A program made the position numbers and the translations under genes. The notes beneath the pieces are model-generated. The model had not been told where the DNA came from and did not search any database. It saw only the letters and a program-made list of their open reading frames with translations. DNA of 64,000 nt from Saprospiraceae bacterium (GTDB lineage: Bacteria > Bacteroidota > Bacteroidia > Chitinophagales > Saprospiraceae): assembly GCA_041736625.1 (NCBI GenBank), contig JBGSTG010000137.1, positions 36,896 through 100,895 of the forward strand, given 5' to 3'. Below, piece after piece: positions 19,701-26,350 of this stretch (position 1 is the stretch's first letter; each line of letters begins with the position of its first letter).

Positions 19701-20336
19701 ATACGAATAAGGAGGAGCGCTGCCGGATGGGGTAATGTCGATGGCGCCGGTGGATTGTCCGTAACAATACACGTGGTTAATGCCGGTCAGGTCGATATCC
19801 ACCGTCAGCGCCTCGCAATAAGTGGTTCTTTTTTGCCAAAGCCCGGTGGCGTTTAGTTGACCGACCACGTACACCTTTCGGTCCGCAGGGCAAACCATAT
19901 AGATGGTCGGGTAGAAGTTGATGTTGTACAGATCGGCAACTGCGGCGTTATCGACGATGGGGTACGACACCCCGTCGGTCCAGTCGCCCCAGGTATTGTT
20001 GTTGCACCCGCTTGGGCCGAAGATGCAGGCTGTATTTGTATTGGGGTCGCCTTCAATCTGGAAGCAGAACGCCTCGTTGGTGCCGGGCGGACCGTACTGC
20101 TGCCAGATGTTTTCGAACGCGTGCTGGTTGTGATAGTTCCAGCAAGGCCCGCACCAGGTGGCGAAAAAGTCGAGGTAAACGGTGTATCCCTGGTCGAGCA
20201 GGGTGTACAGGGTGTAGGTCTGGCCGTTCACGTCCGTTACGGTGAAGTTGGGCGCCTGGCTGCCGTTCTGGAGTTGGGCGATGGCTTGGTGAGAGCAGAA
20301 CAGGGCAAATGCCGACAAGAGGAGAATTCTTTTCAT
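16698..20336 (-). CDS. Large (1212 aa) T9SS-secreted surface protein: N-terminal thioredoxin-fold (WCGPC) domain, SprB repeats, Ig-like and HYR-like domains, type-A CTD
   Basis: Signal peptide MKRILLLSAFALFCSHQAIAQ. QAPNFTVTDVNGQTYTL..VYLDFFATWCGPCWNYH is the redoxin/TlpA pattern. Multiple C.G..TG.I...G..PY.Y.WS.G...AG.Y..TVTD..GC repeats. HYR-like CPDNLTVQAC...VCSFAVTV. C-terminal LLPNPNAGKTQVVF...GAYYLHIF..KLIIQY. Confidence 0.85.
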   Translation of the reverse strand: MKRILLLSAFALFCSHQAIAQLQNGSQAPNFTVTDVNGQTYTLYTLLDQGYTVYLDFFATWCGPCWNYHNQHAFENIWQQYGPPGTNEAFCFQIEGDPNTNTACIFGPSGCNNNTWGDWTDGVSYPIVDNAAVADLYNINFYPTIYMVCPADRKVYVVGQLNATGLWQKRTTYCEALTVDIDLTGINHVYCYGQSTGAIDITPSGSAPPYSYLWSNGAQSQDLVNVPAGNYSCTVTSSSGITGTIGPIEVEQPTGPVSVQLIETTPVGCNGYTGSITVEASGGWTNDYDYQWSNGLAGPTITAYTPGNYTVTVTDILNCTKTLLVPMAQPAYPIAIISPSPMITCQTPVVQLNATNSSTGPEFMYNWQTSNGGNIVSGGNTLNPTVNAAGTYTLMITNTENNCNTFASTVVLANTVLPLADAGPNGLLNCLAASDTLEGAGSEGTTFWRIWTGPGLVSGDSTFTPVIDEAGAYVLKVTNTLNGCVKTDTAMVMTDTIRPVLTLHTPEHLNCRNDTVALLTTGSSQGAQFVYTWTGPAGFSSNEQNPLVDTAGAYVLLINNTGNGCSSNDTTEVLYFANPTVAIDSVIPIFCFGGSGGGLMAETTGGFGTTTFVWNTGDSTSTVLNLSAGPYGVTVTDADACTAALTYALGQPEQLTVNALSSPETGFQAADGAVSADASGGVAPFAYLWSNGVSGQSQNNLPPAAYTVTATDAHGCSSQKTVNVNAYNCTLSVELAVQHNSCFGAADGALATSIAGGAGPFTFVWTTGDTTAAVHNLAPGTYSVTTTDAAGCPNVSDAQVTQPPVLLPAAAAVQHPVCPGDQTGMINVTLGGGTPPYAYAWSTGQFTATLDQIPAGNYQLTVTDANACTHVSAYATATSDSEKPVVEAQDAVVYLDATGIHTLADSDVLAVLSDNCSVASWWFFPLTQVTCQHIGLMPVELNARDGNGNVGSRIVQLTVVDQTPPTAVCPDNLTVQACSDATAVQFPQPNFSDACTPFNAIHTERLSGLDNGSFFPVGITEQVYRFTDQSGNSSVCSFAVTVLAPVAITAVETTPAKDGQSDGSIIVNITGGVPPYLFNWTRSGETVGYTQNLENVPAGEYVLQITDAHGCVIRTEVIQVGSVLAATEPGWAQGLQLLPNPNAGKTQVVFGQVPAGEVRMRATDGLGRLIWEGRFTQPERVWIDLSSRPEGAYYLHIFHENEQVTRKLIIQY

Positions 20337-20485
20337 TGTTTAGCCATATTGAATAAGGGCAGGGTAAATATCCGTAATTTTTTATTTTGGATACTAAATT
20401 TATTCAGGCAGAAAGAAAACGTTCGTTCGCCTGAATCGGGGCGGGAAGTGCAACCATGGCTTACCTTTGCGCAAAGCAGTTCACC

Positions 20486-20869
20486 ATGAATGAGTCTCTC
20501 TTGTTGCGTCTGGCCGCCCTCTCCGGCGCCCTGGCGGTCGCACTGGGCGCGTTTGGCGCGCACGGTTTGAAGCCCCATCTTACGGATTACCAGATCAGCA
20601 TTTGGGAAAAAGCAGTGTTTTACCAGTTTATCCACACGGTTGTCGTGTTGGTGCTGGCTTTGTACATGCAACAGCATGGGGCGACACCAGCATGGCGTTG
20701 GGGCGCACTGCTCATGCTCACGGGTATTCTGCTGTTCTCCGGTTCGCTTTATGTTCTGGCTGTGCGCGAATTGTTGCCGTTTCCGGCGGGTTGGGCAGGC
20801 CCCATCACGCCACTGGGCGGTTTGTGCTTCATTGCAGGCTGGCTATTGCTGTTGGTCAGGGCCGTCTGA
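20486..20869 (+). CDS. DUF423 (YgdD-like) small membrane protein
   Basis: MNESLLLRLAALSGALAVALGAFGAHGLK is the DUF423 signature, followed by four hydrophobic helices. The ORF opens at 20456; the internal Met at 20486 is preferred. Confidence 0.75.
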   Translation: MNESLLLRLAALSGALAVALGAFGAHGLKPHLTDYQISIWEKAVFYQFIHTVVVLVLALYMQQHGATPAWRWGALLMLTGILLFSGSLYVLAVRELLPFPAGWAGPITPLGGLCFIAGWLLLLVRAV

Positions 20870-20880
20870 ACGGCTTTTTC
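20858..20880 (+). terminator. Rho-independent terminator candidate after the DUF423 gene
   Basis: aGGGCCGT-ctga-ACGGCTTT stem (5 GC-rich pairs extendable with G:U pairs). The loop contains the stop codon. It is followed by TTTTTCCTGATTTTTTT. Confidence 0.55.
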
Positions 20881-21307
20881 CTGATTTTTTTCAACCGTTA
20901 CCACCAAAAGGCAGACAGGGTGCATCTTTCCCGGCGCAGTGTTTTACTTTTGTATGCTCCGGTTTCTGTAATGGCATTTCATTCATAGGCTATTTGCGGT
21001 CATTCAGGCGCTAAAAATCGTCGTTTGTCCGAATTGGTGTTTCTCATTGTCATCCAATAGCCATAATTTGCAACCTGAAAGCGCAACTGGTTGTCTGTTG
21101 TAGCACATGAAAGGTTATCGATTACCCCAGCCCGAATCCCCCGCCACCCCGTCATCAGCACATTAACTTTGCAATAATTCTGAAACAAAAGAGTTATTCA
21201 CTCTGTTTTGGAATTATATTTGGTGTTATTTTTGCACCAAAGTTAAAAACCGCTCCATTGGCTTAAGACAATTCTGAAAGGCCTTTTAGCAAAATAAAAA
21301 TTGCACC

Positions 21308-22336
21308 ATGAAAACCGCACTGCAAAATTTTAAACCGGCATTGTCCTTTTTTATCCTGTCGCTGTTGGTCAACGCCTCAGCCGCGCAAGCGTCGGACGCA
21401 ACGCCGTCCGTATTTGAATACCTGACCCAGGTCGAAGGGGTCAAAATGACCCTGGATCTCGACCTGACCTACCTGATGGAAAACCGCCGGGATCAGGAGT
21501 ACCACGCAGGGCAACTGACGCTCGACGATCAGGGGAAGTCCTATCCGGTAGAGGTGCGCGTACGCGGAAAGTTCCGGCGTAAAATCTCTGAAGTGCCGCC
21601 GCTGAAGATCAAATTTAAAAAGAAAGTGTTGACGGCGGAAGGGTTGGACACCCTCAACGAAATGAAACTGGTGCTGCCGACCCAGGACGGTCCGGAGGGC
21701 GACGAGCTCATCCTGCGCGAATACGCCATCTACCGGATGTACGAACGCATCAGTCCGTATTCCTTCCGCGCCCGACTTGTTCGACTGACCTTGCGCGACA
21801 CCCACAATCCCAAAACAAAGATGACCATGTACGCCCTTCTTTTGGAAGACGTTGAAGAGCTATGTGCCCGCCTGGACGCCGAAGAGGTGGAGCAGTTCGG
21901 CGTTAATCCCTCCGATCTGGACATGAATCAGGCGGCGATGGTCAGTATGTTCGAATACCTCGTCGGCAACACAGATTGGGACATTTCCATGCTCCGAAAC
22001 GTCAAAATCCTGCGCGTGGCCGGAAACGAAAAGCTCATACCGGTGCCGTATGACTTCGATTTCTCCGGACTGGTAGACGCCCCGTACGCCACGCCGTCGT
22101 CCGATACCGGGCTGCGCAATGTGCGCGACCGCTACCTGATGGCCAACGGCATCGATGAAAAAGCGCTCGAACAGGCCGTCGTGAATCTCAAGTCGAATAA
22201 AGACAATCTCTTCGACGCCTGCATGCTCAAATCCATGCGCAGAGCAAGCGTCAGCGACATGATGTCCTACCTGAACACGTTTTTCAAAGAGGTAGAAACC
22301 GACAACGCGGTTCCGGTTATGATGAAAGTGGAATGA
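21308..22336 (+). CDS. Secreted hypothetical protein, possibly CotH-kinase-like
   Basis: Signal peptide ..LLVNASAAQA. VRVRGKFRRK..PPLKIKFKKK, ..LILREYAIYRMYERI.., YALLLEDVEEL and MFEYLVGNTDWDI..N..PVPYDFDFSG resemble the CotH pattern (RGNSS..K.S.KIKF, then N.D...N...D.D). The CDS is well supported; the family call is tentative. Confidence 0.45.
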   Translation: MKTALQNFKPALSFFILSLLVNASAAQASDATPSVFEYLTQVEGVKMTLDLDLTYLMENRRDQEYHAGQLTLDDQGKSYPVEVRVRGKFRRKISEVPPLKIKFKKKVLTAEGLDTLNEMKLVLPTQDGPEGDELILREYAIYRMYERISPYSFRARLVRLTLRDTHNPKTKMTMYALLLEDVEELCARLDAEEVEQFGVNPSDLDMNQAAMVSMFEYLVGNTDWDISMLRNVKILRVAGNEKLIPVPYDFDFSGLVDAPYATPSSDTGLRNVRDRYLMANGIDEKALEQAVVNLKSNKDNLFDACMLKSMRRASVSDMMSYLNTFFKEVETDNAVPVMMKVE

Positions 22337-22361
22337 TCAAGATCATGTTCCCTTTACGGAT

Positions 22362-23159
22362 GTGGCGGCGTATGTTTGCCCCGTTTTAAAAACCAATTAC
22401 ACTGCCTCATTCGTGAAAAAGCTTTTTCAATTACTGGCTAAAAAGTATTTCTGGTTCCACTTCAGGCTGTTCGGCAAGTACTCGTATCTGGGCATAGAAC
22501 AGATCATCCGAAAAGCTTCCCTGGTGGGCGATCATCCTTTTTATAAAAAAGACCAGTTCCCCTGGGTGAAGGACATTGAGTCCAACTGGCTCAAAATCAG
22601 GGCCGAGCTGGAGGAAGTCATGCGGAACGGCGATCGTATCCCGAACTTTCTGGACGTATCGCCCGGTCAATACCGCATCGACAATGAACCTGGCAAATGG
22701 AAAACGTTTTTCCTCTACGGCTACGGGTACAAGGTAGAAGCCAACATCGCCCGCTGCCCCGAAACGGCGCGCCTGGTTGAACAAATTCCGGGCATGAAAA
22801 CGGCCTTTTTTTCCATTCTCGCCCCCGGAAAACACATTCCGCCCCACCGTGGCCCCTACGCAGGCGTGTTGCGCTACCACCTGGGTCTCATCGTTCCCGA
22901 TCCCGAAAAAATCCGCATTCGCGTAGACAACGAGATCCGGCACTGGCAGGAAGGAGACAGCCTCATCTTCGACGACACCTACGAACACGAAGTGTGGAAC
23001 GACAGCAACGGCACCCGCGTCGTGCTTTTTGTCGATTTTGTACGGCCACTCGACGGATTTGCCCAAAAACTGAACGACCGCATCGTCAACATGATCTCCC
23101 GCTCACCCCTGGTGCAGGAAAGCATCCAGGCCATGGAAAAGGTGACCGAACGACGGTGA
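22362..23159 (+). CDS. Aspartyl/asparaginyl beta-hydroxylase family (LpxO-like cupin) oxygenase
   Basis: PWV..W..IR.E, KWKTFFLYGYG, CPETARLVEQIPG, FSILAPGKHIPPHRGPYAGVLRYHLGLIVP and WQEGDSLIFDDTYEHEVWNDS..RVVLFVDFVRP match the family. The start is a GTG (22362, or GTG at 22413). Confidence 0.8.
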   Translation: MAAYVCPVLKTNYTASFVKKLFQLLAKKYFWFHFRLFGKYSYLGIEQIIRKASLVGDHPFYKKDQFPWVKDIESNWLKIRAELEEVMRNGDRIPNFLDVSPGQYRIDNEPGKWKTFFLYGYGYKVEANIARCPETARLVEQIPGMKTAFFSILAPGKHIPPHRGPYAGVLRYHLGLIVPDPEKIRIRVDNEIRHWQEGDSLIFDDTYEHEVWNDSNGTRVVLFVDFVRPLDGFAQKLNDRIVNMISRSPLVQESIQAMEKVTERR

Positions 23160-23160
23160 C

Positions 23161-23280
23161 GAATGCGGAATGCGGAATGCGGAATGCGGAATGCGGAATG
23201 CGGAATAAACGGGCTCTTGGCTGCACGTTGGAATACCAAGAGGGGCTTATTCCGCATTCCGCATTCCGCGTTCCGCATTC
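23161..23280. repeat. Palindromic element built from tandem heptamers: (GAATGCG)x6, imperfect central hairpin, (CGCATTC)x4
   Basis: Six direct GAATGCG copies at 23161-23202 plus a partial GAAT. Central CTCTTGG (23214-23220) pairs with CCAAGAG (23236-23242). The inverted arm is attc + CGCATTC, CGCATTC, CGCGTTC, CGCATTC at 23249-23280. The element sits exactly between two convergent genes. Confidence 0.9.
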
Positions 23281-24497
23281 AAAAACCATTTCATCATCCC
23301 CGCCACCACCAAAGTGATGCCGCCTAGCGCCAGCCCATATTGCCCGGGCATGGTGAGCACGACATAAATGCCGAGGACAACCCAGACCAGCACCAAGCGG
23401 GTGATCTCGGCTGGCTTCACCCACGGACGATGGTCGAACGCCGCAATGGGGATTACCGAGGCCAGGGCGATCAACCCGAAAAAGACCCCTTCAAAGTAAG
23501 CCGGTTGCAGCGAACCGCCCAGGTACTTGCGCACGAGGATCAGAAAAAGAAGTCCGGACAGACCGAACAGAAACTGTACGAGTACGTAAGCGCCCAAAGG
23601 ACCCGAAAAAGAGGGAACGTACTTGCGATGCCGGCTTTTGTCCACTTCCGGAGGCGCCTTGTACCCGCCCAGGTATTCGGGCAGCCAGCCGGGGGGGGCA
23701 AAAAGGTATCGCAGCTTGTCGTTCCACGACGGCATACGGCGCAGGTTGCCGGCCATGTCGGCGTAATAATGCAGGTTGACCAGTGCCGGATTGTTGGTTC
23801 GAAGGGGTGTTGTGATGCCGTAGGTCGGCTCTTCCTCCTCCGCCTGGAACGTACCGAACAGCCTGTCCCAAATAATAAAGACACCGGAAAAATTTTTATC
23901 GATGTACTTGGGGTCCTTGCCGTGGTGCACCCGGTGGTGTGAAGGCGTGTGCATGACCCACTCCACCAGCCAGGGCAGGCGCCCGACTTTGCGCGTGTGT
24001 ATGATGAACTGGTAAAAATTGTGGAGCACCACCGCCGTCAGAAAGGTTTCCGGCTGAAAGCCCAGCATCGGGATGGGCAGGAAAAATCCAAACACCACCA
24101 AATCGGCCACCCACGAGCGCCGCAGCGCGATGGACAGGTTGAACTCCTCACTGGAATGATGCACCACGTGGGTGCCCCACAGGATGTTTATCACGTGGCT
24201 GAACCGATGTTCCCAGTAAAATACGAAATCGATAACCAATAAACAAAGCAATACCGACCACCAGGCATGGGGAATGTGGGCAATAGCCAGCCGGTGGAAG
24301 AAAATATCGATGAACAAAAACAACTTGATGCCTTCGGTGAACAGGTTGATCCCCTGGTTGCCGATGCCGCAGCTGATGTTGGTGAGGGTGTCCGGCAGAT
24401 TAAAATGTTTGTTCCGCTGAAAAAAGTCCAACGTGATTTCAAACAGGGTCAGAAACAGCAAAATGGGCACTGCCCAAAGTAAAAACTGTGGTGTCAT
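23247..24497 (-). CDS. Fatty-acid hydroxylase / sterol desaturase superfamily membrane oxygenase with an extra C-terminal membrane domain
   Basis: Histidine boxes HRFSH, WGTHVVHHSSEE and HHRVHHG, then NFSGVFIIWDRLFGTF. A further about 160 aa are hydrophobic. The last 11 codons (LNAERGMRNAE*) are supplied by the heptamer repeat. Confidence 0.8.
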   Translation of the reverse strand: MTPQFLLWAVPILLFLTLFEITLDFFQRNKHFNLPDTLTNISCGIGNQGINLFTEGIKLFLFIDIFFHRLAIAHIPHAWWSVLLCLLVIDFVFYWEHRFSHVINILWGTHVVHHSSEEFNLSIALRRSWVADLVVFGFFLPIPMLGFQPETFLTAVVLHNFYQFIIHTRKVGRLPWLVEWVMHTPSHHRVHHGKDPKYIDKNFSGVFIIWDRLFGTFQAEEEEPTYGITTPLRTNNPALVNLHYYADMAGNLRRMPSWNDKLRYLFAPPGWLPEYLGGYKAPPEVDKSRHRKYVPSFSGPLGAYVLVQFLFGLSGLLFLILVRKYLGGSLQPAYFEGVFFGLIALASVIPIAAFDHRPWVKPAEITRLVLVWVVLGIYVVLTMPGQYGLALGGITLVVAGMMKWFLNAERGMRNAE

Positions 24498-24613
24498 GAT
24501 GGATGAAGGATCAGTTAAGCCACAAAAATACTATACAATTTTGATCCGAAGCACCGTACCTTTGAGTTCTGATTAGCGAAACCCACTTTGAATCCCCATT
24601 ATACGCTGCATCA

Positions 24614-26350
24614 ATGAGCGCACTTTTTCCTCCTGCTCCTGAACTGAAAAATTTCGCAGAGGTATTGCAATGGCAAGGCGTTAACCATCCGAACAAGACC
24701 ACATTCCGATTTTTAACCGACGGCGAGACCACCGAAGACGCCATTACTTATGGCCGGCTGGACGCCCGCGCCAAAGGCATCGCCGACAAATTGTCGGCAC
24801 ACTGCCAAAAAGGCGACCGCGTGCTTTTGCTGCTCACGCCCGGAATCGATTTCATTGCCGCCTTTTTCGGCTGCCTTTACGCCGGTTGTGTCGCCATTCC
24901 CACCTACCCGCACCTGCGACAAAAGAAGGACGGCATCCTGACGCGCATCCTGAATGTCGCAGCCGACGCCACGCCCAAAGTTATTCTCTCCAACGCTATT
25001 GTGGAGCGCGCTTCCGCCGCTTTTTTTGCCGAAACAGCACACACGAAGGACATTCCGTGGGTTGACGTAACGCAGATCGCCCCAATGAACGACCCTGACT
25101 GGAACAGCACACCGATAGACACGGACGATCTGGCCTTTCTGCAATATACCTCCGGCTCAACCAACACCCCCAAGGGCGTGATGGTCAGCCACGGTAACCT
25201 GATGCACAACGCCATGACAATCACCAACGCTTTCGGTCTCACGCCGGAAGACAGGTGTGTGCTCTGGCTGCCTCCCTACCACGACATGGGCCTGATCGGC
25301 GGCATCCTCACCCAGGTATTTGCCGGCGTGGAAACCATCCTGATGGCGCCCGCTTATTTCCTGCAACGCCCCATCCGTTGGTTGCAAGCCATAACCCGCT
25401 ACCGGGCTACCGCCTCCGGCGGCCCCAATTTTACGTACGACTACGCCGTCAAAAAAGTAAAACCGGAACAACTCGCAGAGCTGGACCTGAGTACCCTGGC
25501 GGTGGCGTTCAGCGGCGCAGAACCCATCAACGCCGACACGTTGCTGCGTTTTGCCGACTATTTCGCCCCAACCGGCTTTCAGAACAAAGCCTTTCTGCCC
25601 TGCTACGGCCTTGCCGAAGGCACTCTGATGATTACCGCCCAGCGCCGGGGCAACGGCTTTGTGGCGCACCGTTTCGACAAATCCGCGCTCGAACAACACC
25701 GCGTGGTACCCGATCCGGAAAACGGCCGCCTATTGGTTGGCTGTGGTGACACCATAGACGATACGGTGTTGCGCATCGTAAATCCCGAAAGCCTGCTGCC
25801 CACACCGGAGGGCCAGATCGGCGAGATTTGGGCTGGCGGCAGCAGCGTCGCCAAGGGATACTGGAATCGGCCTGAAGCCACCCGGGAAACGTTCAAGGCC
25901 TTTATCGCCGGCACCGGCGAAGGACCGTTTATGCGCACCGGCGACCTGGGATTTGTCCAAAACAACCAGCTTTTCATCACCGGCCGCATCAAATCGCTCA
26001 TCATCATCGACGGCAGCAACCACTACCCGCAAGACATTGAATGGACCGTCGAGCACTGTCACCCGGATATACAACCCCACGGGGCTGCTGCTTTTTCCGT
26101 TGACCTCGACGGTGCAGAAAAACTCATCATTGTCGCCGAACTCGACCCGCGCATGTTGCGCGACCTCAACGACGAGCAGGCGCGTGCCATCAAACGCGCC
26201 ATCACCGCGGCGGTATCCAACGAACATACACTGAGCGTGCACGACATCGTTTTCACCGGACGACTGCCCAAAACCACCAGCGGCAAAATCAAACACCATG
26301 AATGCCGCGCCGAATACCTCGAATCACTAACCAACCCCCAGGCGCCATGA
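24614..26350 (+). CDS. Fatty acyl-AMP ligase (FAAL-type ANL enzyme), stand-alone
   Basis: LAFLQYTSGSTNTPKGVMVSHGNLMHN, WLPPYHDMGLIG, GYWNRPE, FMRTGDLGF, ITGRIKSLIIIDGSNHYPQDIE and LPKTTSGKI. The stop overlaps the next start (ATGA). Confidence 0.85.
   Translation: MSALFPPAPELKNFAEVLQWQGVNHPNKTTFRFLTDGETTEDAITYGRLDARAKGIADKLSAHCQKGDRVLLLLTPGIDFIAAFFGCLYAGCVAIPTYPHLRQKKDGILTRILNVAADATPKVILSNAIVERASAAFFAETAHTKDIPWVDVTQIAPMNDPDWNSTPIDTDDLAFLQYTSGSTNTPKGVMVSHGNLMHNAMTITNAFGLTPEDRCVLWLPPYHDMGLIGGILTQVFAGVETILMAPAYFLQRPIRWLQAITRYRATASGGPNFTYDYAVKKVKPEQLAELDLSTLAVAFSGAEPINADTLLRFADYFAPTGFQNKAFLPCYGLAEGTLMITAQRRGNGFVAHRFDKSALEQHRVVPDPENGRLLVGCGDTIDDTVLRIVNPESLLPTPEGQIGEIWAGGSSVAKGYWNRPEATRETFKAFIAGTGEGPFMRTGDLGFVQNNQLFITGRIKSLIIIDGSNHYPQDIEWTVEHCHPDIQPHGAAAFSVDLDGAEKLIIVAELDPRMLRDLNDEQARAIKRAITAAVSNEHTLSVHDIVFTGRLPKTTSGKIKHHECRAEYLESLTNPQAP

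Noticed and set aside
21000-21188. 62-aa minus-strand ORF in the 20.9-21.3 kb gap
   Set aside because: It has no start context or motif and is barely above the length cutoff. It is kept only as part of the note on the unexplained intergenic region.
23161-23280. Possible CRISPR array
   Set aside because: The repeat unit is only 7 nt, the copies are contiguous with no spacers, the second block is the inverted complement, and no cas genes are nearby.
22979-23424. ORFs reading through the heptamer palindrome (AECGMRNAECGMRN / FRIPHSAFRIPHSAF peptides)
   Set aside because: The apparent peptide repeats are simply the 7-nt DNA repeat translated in rotating frames. The ORFs otherwise overlap real genes on the other strand.
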